This document shows positions 56,270 to 64,000 of a DNA stretch of 64,000 nt, in pieces (within the stretch, counting starts at the first letter, position 1; each line of letters begins with the position of its first letter). Below the pieces are notes generated by a model, which saw only the letters and a program-made list of their open reading frames with translations, was not told the DNA's origin and did no database searches. The position numbers were made by a program, and so were the translations under genes. Source of the DNA: Chitinophagales bacterium (GTDB lineage Bacteria > Bacteroidota > Bacteroidia > Chitinophagales > JADIYW01); assembly GCA_965216955.1 (NCBI GenBank), contig CBDCGV010000018.1, positions 470,098 to 534,097 on the forward strand, read 5' to 3'.

Positions 56270-57451
56270 CTAATTATACATTCTTGCGGCCTCCTGCTTA
56301 TCTTCTTCAAACTCATAATTTGAATAATCCTGCAAGTGATTATAAATAGTATCCCGCTCTATTGGTGTTCTGCCTACATTTCGGATTAAATTCACTATTT
56401 CTCTAGTTGTCATAGCTGGTTTTTGCTCTTCAGCACCAGCCATGGAGTAAATCTTTGTGCTATCATCAATGGTTCCATCAATATCATTAACTCCATAGTT
56501 CAAAGATATTTGAGCTGTTTCTCTACCAATCATTGGCCAATACGCCTTTATATGATTGAAATTATCCATATAAATACGAGCCACCGCATACATTTTTAAA
56601 TCTTCAATAACAGAAACTTCTGAAATATGAGACATCTGGTTCTCTTGATTTCGAAACTTTAATGGAATAAAGGTGTTGAAACCATTCGTTTTATCTTGTA
56701 ATTGACGTAAACGCTCCATATGATCAATTCGATGTTGATAATCTTCAATATGACCATATAAAATTGTAGCATTAGAAGGCATCCCTAAGCTGTGTGCTGT
56801 TTCATGTATCTCCAACCATTGTTGAGTACTGCATTTATCAGCACATATTTGAGCTCTTATTTCCTCGTCAAAAATTTCTGCACCTCCACCGGGCAAAGAG
56901 TTTTGTCCACAATCTCTTAAATATTGAAGTCCCTCTTTATATGACATTTTTGCCTTTCTACACATATATTCTAATTCTACCGCAGTAAAAGCTTTAACAT
57001 GTATATCTGGTCTTAACTTTTTTATCTTTTGAATCAATTCTCCAAAGAAATGAAGTCCCATCTTAGGATGCACCCCTCCAACAATATGTACTTCAGTAAC
57101 ATTCTTATCTTGGTAGTTTTTTACAATATTCAACATATCATCCATTGAATATTCCCATCCCTCATGCTTATGTTTTAATAATCGAGAATAAGAGCAAAAT
57201 TTACAGTCAAACACACAAATATTAGTAGGTTCAATATGAAAATTTCTATTAAAAAAAGTGATATCTCCGTGCTTTTCATTTCTAATATAATTAGCCAACG
57301 CTCCTATGTAACCAAGCTCCCCTTTTTCAAATAAAAGCACTCCTTCTTCAAAGCTTATTCGCTCTCTTGCAATTACCTTCTCTCCTATTTTTTTTAGCTC
57401 TTTAGATAAGCTTAAATCATTTAGTATGGTATTTATAGCAGCTACCTCCAT
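56270..57451 (-). CDS. radical SAM menaquinone (futalosine) biosynthesis enzyme, MqnE/MqnC (CofH-like) family
   Basis: 393 aa. Radical-SAM cluster CVFDCKFCSY and the GGAEIF motif. Adjacent to mqnA. I cannot separate MqnE from MqnC by eye. Confidence 0.8.
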   Translation of the reverse strand: MEVAAINTILNDLSLSKELKKIGEKVIARERISFEEGVLLFEKGELGYIGALANYIRNEKHGDITFFNRNFHIEPTNICVFDCKFCSYSRLLKHKHEGWEYSMDDMLNIVKNYQDKNVTEVHIVGGVHPKMGLHFFGELIQKIKKLRPDIHVKAFTAVELEYMCRKAKMSYKEGLQYLRDCGQNSLPGGGAEIFDEEIRAQICADKCSTQQWLEIHETAHSLGMPSNATILYGHIEDYQHRIDHMERLRQLQDKTNGFNTFIPLKFRNQENQMSHISEVSVIEDLKMYAVARIYMDNFNHIKAYWPMIGRETAQISLNYGVNDIDGTIDDSTKIYSMAGAEEQKPAMTTREIVNLIRNVGRTPIERDTIYNHLQDYSNYEFEEDKQEAARMYN

Positions 57452-57638
57452 GGTTCTAATTCTTTAGACAATTTATAAAGATATTGAAAGTGAGATAAAG
57501 GCTATTTAAGGTATAGTTAATTCAAAATGATGCTAAGAATAAGTTAGTTAAACAAAGTATATTTTACTAGTATAAAAACGACATAATTCATTTATTATCA
57601 AATGATAAACAAGTTATATATAAACTAAAAATTCAATT

Positions 57639-58466
57639 TTATACCTTAAGATCATACCCGCATGATTTACAAAATTTTGCATCATCATCATGATCGTCAA
57701 ATCCACAATTTTGACAATTTTGAGTGTTGGTTTTTAATCTGTTATTTACATTGGCTAACTCTGCCGTGACAATACCTGTTGGAACGGCAATTATTCCATA
57801 ACCCATTATCATAATCATCGCTGATAGCACTCTTCCTAAAGGAGTAATTGGAGTGATATCCCCATATCCGACTGTTGTTAAAGTTACAATAGCCCAATAA
57901 ATACTAACTGGAATATTGTCAAATCCACTATTCGCATTTCCTTCTACCAAATACATCATAGAACCTATAACAACAACTATTAGTAATACTGTAGTTAGAA
58001 AGACTACTATTTTGGGCCTACTAGCTTTCAATGCCTGATTTAAAATTGCTGTAGCACCTAAAAATCTTACAAGCTTAAATATTCTAAAAACTCGTAAAAG
58101 GCGTAAGATTCTAATAACCAGCAAATAATGACTGCCTGCAATAAAAAGACTTAGATAAGTAGGAATGATTGATAATAAATCTACAATGCCAAAAAAACTA
58201 GTCACATATTTTAGAGGCTTGTTTACTACCCACAATCGCAGAAAATATTCAATTGTGAATATAATTGTTAAAACCCATTCTGTGATCATGAAAAATTGAT
58301 GATATTTCTGATCAAAGAAATCGACGCTTTCTAGTATTACCATTAACACACTAACCAAAATGAGAATCAATAAAAAGACATCAAAACGCCTCCCCAAACG
58401 AGTATCTGCTTCAAAAATCACCTCATGTATAAACGCTCTTAAGCTTTTGTTTTTTCCCACACTCAA
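57639..58466 (-). CDS. voltage-gated-type K+ channel (6TM) with C-terminal CxxC...CxxC zinc-ribbon tail
   Basis: 275 aa. S4-like RILRLLRVFRIFKLVRFL, selectivity filter TTVGYGD, and tail CQNCGFDDHDDDAKFCKSCGY. Confidence 0.85.
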   Translation of the reverse strand: MSVGKNKSLRAFIHEVIFEADTRLGRRFDVFLLILILVSVLMVILESVDFFDQKYHQFFMITEWVLTIIFTIEYFLRLWVVNKPLKYVTSFFGIVDLLSIIPTYLSLFIAGSHYLLVIRILRLLRVFRIFKLVRFLGATAILNQALKASRPKIVVFLTTVLLIVVVIGSMMYLVEGNANSGFDNIPVSIYWAIVTLTTVGYGDITPITPLGRVLSAMIMIMGYGIIAVPTGIVTAELANVNNRLKTNTQNCQNCGFDDHDDDAKFCKSCGYDLKV

Positions 58467-58536
58467 ATGCTTATAATAAAGTTTAAAACTTCAAATTAAC
58501 TTAAAAATTTCTCTTTCCATATCAATTTGTTACTAC

Positions 58537-58563
58537 CTTAGTTGGTTATTTTAACCAACTAAG
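58537..58563. promoter_or_regulatory. perfect 12-bp inverted repeat with 3-nt spacer ending 1 nt before the ATG at 58565
   Basis: CTTAGTTGGTTA-ttt-TAACCAACTAAG. A near-consensus -7 box TCAATTTG lies at 58522-58529, just upstream. Confidence 0.4.
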
Positions 58564-58564
58564 C

Positions 58565-59896
58565 ATGAAACAAAGGACATTTCATTATATCAAAAATCCA
58601 GATATAAGTAAAGTTGCCTCTGACAACAACAATCACCTTAAATATACCTATCAATTTGATATTCAATCATATGAAATTGAATCAGTCGATACTTTTGAAG
58701 ACGAATTGATTCTTTTAGCACTTCCTATTGATTCTCTTCAAAACGTCGACAATCTTCTATATCATTTTGGTTTAAATGATAATTCATACTATTTCTTTAA
58801 ACAGTGCAAAGATTTAGTTGCCGTACCAGAAAAGCATACCGATGAAGAAGGCAAAGGATCTTCTGATCTTCAGGCCTATTTTCACAACATCCCTTATTCT
58901 TTTATGTCTATTAATGAGACGGCATTGGTAATTGTTGCATTACATCCGTTAAAAGGTAAGGACACCAATGGCTTAAAAGATTACAATTTAATTGGATACA
59001 TACATTGCAATGAGCTACCTGCAAGGAATGATAAAGGAGAAATCCAACCTATCTACTATTACAATATGCTTCGTATAAGCACAAAAACAGTAAACAACGA
59101 AAAAATATATCGAAGAAAACGTCTTTTTATGATGCTTTTCGCTATATATGACAGGGTTGTAGATATTAATGGGATTGATTTCATTTATGCTTCTATGGGA
59201 AGAGAAAATAAAGCCATCAATGATGGCCTCAACAAATCAACAACCGCGCACGGACACTATTACCATAGAATACCATACAATATGTACATACATGCCAATA
59301 AAGTATTTGGCAAAAAGGGATACGTCAAAAAACTTATTGATATTACTAATGATCCTCAAAAAATAGAACAATTCTACAATGTCGTTCATGAATCCATGAA
59401 AAACTATATGTTCTATAATCATCATTCACTTGAAGTATTTAAGGGGTTTGTGAGCAAAATAACTAGCTATTCTAAAAGCAGTCGGATTTATGTCCTCGAA
59501 GAAAATGGAAAAATAAAGGCAGGCACATTTGCAGTTAATTGGGGGGACTACTTTTCAATGGAACTGGAAGAAGCCAATGGCTTACTAAAAATTGTTGAGC
59601 GAATGGAGTTAACCAATCGAATTCTATATCCAATTCTAAATTATGGACAACCCGAATATTTTAGAAAATTGATTAAAGGAGTAGCCAGCATTTATTTAAA
59701 AAAATACGGTTGTAAGATCACCTTATTACCCTCTTATAAGGGAGATCCGCTAGATAAAGTAAAAAAGAGCATCATGAAAGATGAGACCTATTACTTTATG
59801 ATTGCCAGAAATAAAGAAAGATTAGAGCAATTAATGGAGCGCTCAAAAGACAATAACGGGAATGTTAGAATTTTTACAGATCAACCAATGTTATAG
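58565..59896 (+). CDS. hypothetical protein (no recognisable motif)
   Basis: 443-aa uninterrupted ORF with ordinary composition, no signal peptide and no TM. It ends 28 nt upstream of trkA on the same strand. Confidence 0.6.
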   Translation: MKQRTFHYIKNPDISKVASDNNNHLKYTYQFDIQSYEIESVDTFEDELILLALPIDSLQNVDNLLYHFGLNDNSYYFFKQCKDLVAVPEKHTDEEGKGSSDLQAYFHNIPYSFMSINETALVIVALHPLKGKDTNGLKDYNLIGYIHCNELPARNDKGEIQPIYYYNMLRISTKTVNNEKIYRRKRLFMMLFAIYDRVVDINGIDFIYASMGRENKAINDGLNKSTTAHGHYYHRIPYNMYIHANKVFGKKGYVKKLIDITNDPQKIEQFYNVVHESMKNYMFYNHHSLEVFKGFVSKITSYSKSSRIYVLEENGKIKAGTFAVNWGDYFSMELEEANGLLKIVERMELTNRILYPILNYGQPEYFRKLIKGVASIYLKKYGCKITLLPSYKGDPLDKVKKSIMKDETYYFMIARNKERLEQLMERSKDNNGNVRIFTDQPML

Positions 59897-59924
59897 CACT
59901 AAACAAGCGATTTCTTTTTGATAT

Positions 59925-61265
59925 ATGAAAATAATTATTGCAGGTACAGGAGAAGTTGGATTCCATTTGGCTAAAATGTTATCTACCGAAGCCCAGGATA
60001 TATACCTTATAGACCAAGATCCCGAGAGATTAAGATATGCGGATAATCACTTAGATGTTATTACATTAAAAGGTGATGCTACCTCATTAAAAATATTGGA
60101 AGAAGCCAATGTTTCTAAGGCGGATATGCTTATTTCAGTGACCTCACATCAGGAATCCAATATTCTTGCTGCTATCTTAGGAAAAAAACTTGGAGCTAAG
60201 AAAACCATTGCAAGGATTAAAAACTATGAGTATCTAACCCGAAAACATAAAATTGATTTTTCTGAACTTGGTATTGATGCGCTTTTCTCTGCAAGAGATT
60301 TAGCCTCAAAGGAAATCGTAAGACTAGTTGAACAATCTGCCCTCACCGATAATTTTGAATTTTCAGATGGTTTATTGTCTCTAATTGGTATTACATTAAA
60401 CAATCGCTCTCCTTTAATTGATCACTCTATCAATCAAACGCAGCATTTGAACGAAGGAATGACTTTTATGCCAGCAGCCATTTTAAGAGATAATAAAACA
60501 ATTATACCTCGAGGCTCTACAACTTTCAAAAAAGGAGATCACGTATATTTTGTAACCAAAAAGGATACTATTGATTATATACTTAAAATATGCGGTAAAG
60601 AAAAAATCAACATTAAAAACATAATGATTTTAGGAGGCAGTATGATTGGAGCTTTAGCAGCAGAAATGTTGCAAGACAAGTACCATGTAAAGCTGGTTGA
60701 AAAAAATAAAGACCGTTGTATAGAATTATTGGAAACACTTCCTCAAACATTAATTATCAATTCAGACGGAAGAGAAGTTGAAGCACTTGAGGATGAAGAT
60801 CTTAGTGAAATGGATGCCTTTATTTCTGTTACGGGAGATTCTGAGACCAATATTATATCTTGCCTTGTGGCTAAAAACCATGGGGTTAAAAAGACCATTG
60901 CCTCTGTAGAAAATATTGACTATATCAATTTATCTCAGAATATTGGTGTAGATACACTTATCAATAAAAAATTAATTGCAGCAAATAATATTTTTAGGTA
61001 TTTAAGAAAAGGTGAAGTTGAAAATATTGCTTCTTTACATGGTGTAAATGCAGAAATTATAGAATTTACAGTACAGGAAAAGACTAAAATCACAAAAAAG
61101 CAAATTAAAGATTTAAAATTCCCGAAATCTGCAATAATCGGGGGAATTATCAGAGACGGAGAGCCTATTATACCTTCGGGGGAATTTCATGTAAAGCCAT
61201 ATGACCATGTGGTAGTCATTACCTTTGAAGAAGCTATTCGCGAAGTCGAAGAATTTTTCAAGTGA
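59925..61265 (+). CDS. trkA: Trk system K+ uptake protein TrkA
   Basis: 446 aa. Two RCK/NAD-binding repeats (MKIIIAGTGEVG and IMILGGSMIG). Confidence 0.92.
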   Translation: MKIIIAGTGEVGFHLAKMLSTEAQDIYLIDQDPERLRYADNHLDVITLKGDATSLKILEEANVSKADMLISVTSHQESNILAAILGKKLGAKKTIARIKNYEYLTRKHKIDFSELGIDALFSARDLASKEIVRLVEQSALTDNFEFSDGLLSLIGITLNNRSPLIDHSINQTQHLNEGMTFMPAAILRDNKTIIPRGSTTFKKGDHVYFVTKKDTIDYILKICGKEKINIKNIMILGGSMIGALAAEMLQDKYHVKLVEKNKDRCIELLETLPQTLIINSDGREVEALEDEDLSEMDAFISVTGDSETNIISCLVAKNHGVKKTIASVENIDYINLSQNIGVDTLINKKLIAANNIFRYLRKGEVENIASLHGVNAEIIEFTVQEKTKITKKQIKDLKFPKSAIIGGIIRDGEPIIPSGEFHVKPYDHVVVITFEEAIREVEEFFK

Positions 61266-62716
61266 TTAGGTATATACCCATATTATATATATTAGGAATC
61301 TTACTAATGATTGGTGGGGCTTTTATGTTATTAGGGATTCCCTTTTCAATATATTTTAAAAGCAATGACCTAATACCACTGCTAGCTGCAGGCGCAACTA
61401 CCATTTTTTTTGGTTTTATTATGTGGTTAAGCACTAAAAATGCAGAGCGATCAAAAATAAAAAAGCGTGAAGCATTTTTAATTGTAGGTCTTTCTTACTT
61501 TGGGATGTCTCTTTTTGGCATGCTCCCATATCTGTTCTCAGGTGCCATTCCTAATGTAACAAACGCTTTTTTTGAATCTGTTTCAGGAATTACCACAACA
61601 GGAGCCTCTATTCTTAACGATATAGAAGCTTGCCCCCCTGGTATTTTATTCTGGAGAAGTATAACCCAATGGCTTGGTGGTATGGGAATTATTCTCTTAA
61701 CCATAGCAATACTCCCCTACTTTGGAATAGGCGGAATGGAGTTATTTGTAGCTGAAGTTCCAGGACCTACTAAAGAAAAACTACATCCCCGGATCAATGA
61801 AACAGCTAAACGGTTATGGTATATTTATTTGGCACTAACAGGCATCCTCACAGTTCTTTTATTTATTGAAGGCATGTCTTTTTTTGATGCTATCAATCAC
61901 GCTTTAACCACAACTTCCTCTGGAGGGTATAGCACTAAACAAGCAAGCATTGGTCATTTTGATGATCCTATTATCCATTACACCATCATTCTATTTATGT
62001 TCCTTGCAGGAACTAACTTTACGTTGATCTATTTTGGTTTTAAAGGGCGTTTCAAAGACATTTTTAATAACGAAGAATTTAGATTCTATCTTTCAATCGT
62101 GGCAATACTAACACTTATAGTTTCTACTCTTGTTGTTTTAAATCTAGCTAAACCCATCGAACCAACAATAAGACATGTTTTGTTTTCCATTGTTTCCTTA
62201 TTAACAACAACAGGATATGCTACAGTAGATTACACCAAATGGTTTCCCTTCATTACCTTGATCTTTTTTGCATTATTGTTTTTGGGAGGTTCAGCTGGAT
62301 CAACTAGCGGTGGAGTTAAATTGGTAAGACATCTTATGTTGCTTAAAAACAGCGTTATGGAGTTCAAAAGGATATTACACCCAAGGGCAATAATTCCTGT
62401 AAGATATAATAAGCATGTAGTTGATCAGCAATTGATATATAATATCCTGGCTTTTTTTGTTGCATATATGGTAATATTTGGGCTAAGCTCATTAATAATG
62501 GCCTCTATGGGCATAGATCTTTTATCTGCAATGAGTGCAGTAGCGACTTCGATTGGTAATGTTGGGCCAGGAATTGACAGTGTTGGTCCATCAGAAAATT
62601 TCAATAATATTCCCGCCTTAGGAAAATGGTATTTAGGTTTTTTAATGATCCTTGGGAGGTTGGAGTTATTTACAATTCTCATCATATTTACTCCTTTCTT
62701 TTGGAAAAGAAACTAA
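61262..62716 (+). CDS. trkH: TrkH family K+ transporter
   Basis: 484 aa polytopic. GTG start overlaps the trkA stop by 4 nt. Pore-loop motifs TTTGAS, SSGGYS, TTGYAT and IGNVGPG. Confidence 0.9.
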   Translation: MIRYIPILYILGILLMIGGAFMLLGIPFSIYFKSNDLIPLLAAGATTIFFGFIMWLSTKNAERSKIKKREAFLIVGLSYFGMSLFGMLPYLFSGAIPNVTNAFFESVSGITTTGASILNDIEACPPGILFWRSITQWLGGMGIILLTIAILPYFGIGGMELFVAEVPGPTKEKLHPRINETAKRLWYIYLALTGILTVLLFIEGMSFFDAINHALTTTSSGGYSTKQASIGHFDDPIIHYTIILFMFLAGTNFTLIYFGFKGRFKDIFNNEEFRFYLSIVAILTLIVSTLVVLNLAKPIEPTIRHVLFSIVSLLTTTGYATVDYTKWFPFITLIFFALLFLGGSAGSTSGGVKLVRHLMLLKNSVMEFKRILHPRAIIPVRYNKHVVDQQLIYNILAFFVAYMVIFGLSSLIMASMGIDLLSAMSAVATSIGNVGPGIDSVGPSENFNNIPALGKWYLGFLMILGRLELFTILIIFTPFFWKRN

Positions 62717-62807
62717 TTGTGGATTTTTCTGTTTTGTAAACCATACAGAGCAACTTAATTTTGAGACATATAGAACTTTATATTACTTATAAATAATTAG
62801 ATTAATA

Positions 62808-63368
62808 ATGGCTGCAATAAATACCATTTCAATACCTCTAGGCTTTAAAGCTCCAGATTTCACTCTACTAGATACTGTTTCTGGAGAAAAAAAATCATTA
62901 AATGATTTAAAAGGTGATAAGGCCACTGTAATGATGTTTATTTGCAATCATTGCCCCTATGTATTGCACATCAATGATGAATTAGTAAAAGTGGCTAATG
63001 CGTATATAGAAAAAGGAATTGGGTTTATCGCGATAAGTAGTAATGATGTTATTCGTTATCCTCAAGATGCTCCTGAAAGAATGCAACAACAAGCAGCAAT
63101 CTTAAATTATCCTTTTCCTTATCTATACGATGAAAGTCAAGAAGTAGCAAAAGCTTATAAAGCAGCTTGTACACCAGATTTTAGCATTTTTGACAATCAT
63201 CTCAATTGTGTTTACAGAGGACAGTTCGATGGTTCAAATCATAAAAATGACCTTCCTGTTACAGGCATAGAGTTAAGAAATGCTTTAGATGCTATTCTAG
63301 AGAATAAAGCCATTCCAGCTCCTCAGAAACCAAGTTTGGGCTGCAGTATAAAATGGAAAGAAAACTAA
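62808..63368 (+). CDS. thioredoxin-fold thiol-disulfide oxidoreductase (AhpC/TSA-like family)
   Basis: 186 aa. LGFKAPDFTLLD...MFICNHCPYV motif. Confidence 0.8.
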   Translation: MAAINTISIPLGFKAPDFTLLDTVSGEKKSLNDLKGDKATVMMFICNHCPYVLHINDELVKVANAYIEKGIGFIAISSNDVIRYPQDAPERMQQQAAILNYPFPYLYDESQEVAKAYKAACTPDFSIFDNHLNCVYRGQFDGSNHKNDLPVTGIELRNALDAILENKAIPAPQKPSLGCSIKWKEN

Positions 63369-63371
63369 ACC

Positions 63372-64000
63372 ATGGATTTCTTCCAACAAATAAAAGAGTC
63401 TTTAGGTGTCAATAAAATTGTTGAACCCGTTAATCAACTGAATAAACTTGTAAAAACATTAGATTCTTTGAGAAGCTTACTTACAGATAATCGAGTTTCT
63501 CAAACCGTCAAAGAACAAATTCGTGTATTAATGTCTTTGATAAAAACTCGACCCAACATCAGTTCTATTAACCATTACATCAACCATTTTTTACTTCAAT
63601 TAGATACTGAAAATCAATTACCTGTATTAAAGGAGTTATTGGAAGTATATCAAGATCGATGGAAAAATATCGATCGTAAAACGGCAGAAACGACCTTCAA
63701 TCAATTAAAATTTGACAATGAACCGATTGTTCTTTTTCATCACAATGATCAATCACTTATTGCGCTTCTGGAACTGATTAATGTAAATCAAAAAACAATT
63801 AAAATAGTTCAAACAAAAGGAGGCTCAAATAACACAGGGAAAGAACAAGCTAAAAAAATCATTAGTAAAGACCATGAGGTCAAATTTATTGACGACACCC
63901 TTCTTGGGCATATGATGCCCAATATAGATTACGTTTTGTTGGGAGCAGAAATAGTAATGCATAATGGTTTTATTACTAAATCAGGTGGGCATTCCATTGC
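63372..64000 (+). CDS. eIF-2B alpha/beta/delta-like family protein, N-terminal part (runs off the right edge)
   Basis: My own translation from the ATG at 63372 reads MDFFQQIKESLG... and continues to ...VLLGAEIVMHNGFITKSGGHSI. The GA(D/E)..NG...K.G pattern is typical of the eIF-2B/MtnA-like fold. The frame is open to the window end. Confidence 0.5.
   Translation, partial: MDFFQQIKESLGVNKIVEPVNQLNKLVKTLDSLRSLLTDNRVSQTVKEQIRVLMSLIKTRPNISSINHYINHFLLQLDTENQLPVLKELLEVYQDRWKNIDRKTAETTFNQLKFDNEPIVLFHHNDQSLIALLELINVNQKTIKIVQTKGGSNNTGKEQAKKIISKDHEVKFIDDTLLGHMMPNIDYVLLGAEIVMHNGFITKSGGHSI

Noticed and set aside
57595-57608. TTATCA-aa-TGATAA dyad between the K+ channel and the radical-SAM gene, superficially Fur-box-like.
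   Set aside because: The half-sites are in the everted order relative to the TGATAAT-N-ATTATCA Fur consensus. The dyad is only 6+6 and lies ~145 nt upstream of the radical-SAM start in very AT-rich DNA.

Overview
AT-rich chromosomal window. The gene content points to a Bacteroidota, probably Flavobacteriia-like, genome: split atpD-atpC, futalosine-pathway mqn genes, a TonB-dependent receptor paired with a lipoprotein, many lipobox lipoproteins, and TAnnTTTG -7 promoter boxes. I call about 58 protein genes and one RNase P RNA. I saw no rRNA, tRNA, CRISPR array, transposase, integrase or phage genes. Most of the window is housekeeping: ATP synthase beta/epsilon, a Tro-type metal ABC importer, smpB, pcm, a phosphohexomutase, a sigma-54 response regulator, RNase Z, clpC, pntA/pntB, hemE, ftsE, recQ, mqnA plus a radical-SAM mqn gene, trkA/trkH and a Kv-type K+ channel. 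The stand-out accessory region is 17.8-28.4 kb. It holds a 1189-aa WD40-repeat/caspase (C14) protein transcribed divergently, across a 70-nt gap, from a four-gene plus-strand cluster. That cluster starts with a 1155-aa mosaic protein (papain-like C1 peptidase, two MORN arrays, an HExxH/ExxAD zincin and TPR-like helices). Three unrecognisable proteins follow: one with a beta-barrel-like C-terminus, one small, and one lipoprotein with a candidate Cys/His peptidase-like domain. All five carry N-terminal export signals, so I read this as an uncharacterised exported, envelope-located multi-protease system; this is inference. Secondary oddities: (1) a metal-ABC permease fused to a DtxR/TroR-like repressor domain; (2) a pntA-pntB operon with no alpha2 membrane subunit gene; (3) a tightly packed FMO / BASS transporter / epimerase-like / SDR operon; (4) a histidine phosphatase embedded between mqn genes; (5) a perfect 12-bp inverted repeat abutting the start codon of an unknown 443-aa gene in a K+ transport cluster; (6) a perfect 16-bp palindrome centred in the pntA/rhomboid divergent region. 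All calls rest on reading the translations and the sequence by eye. No searches were run.
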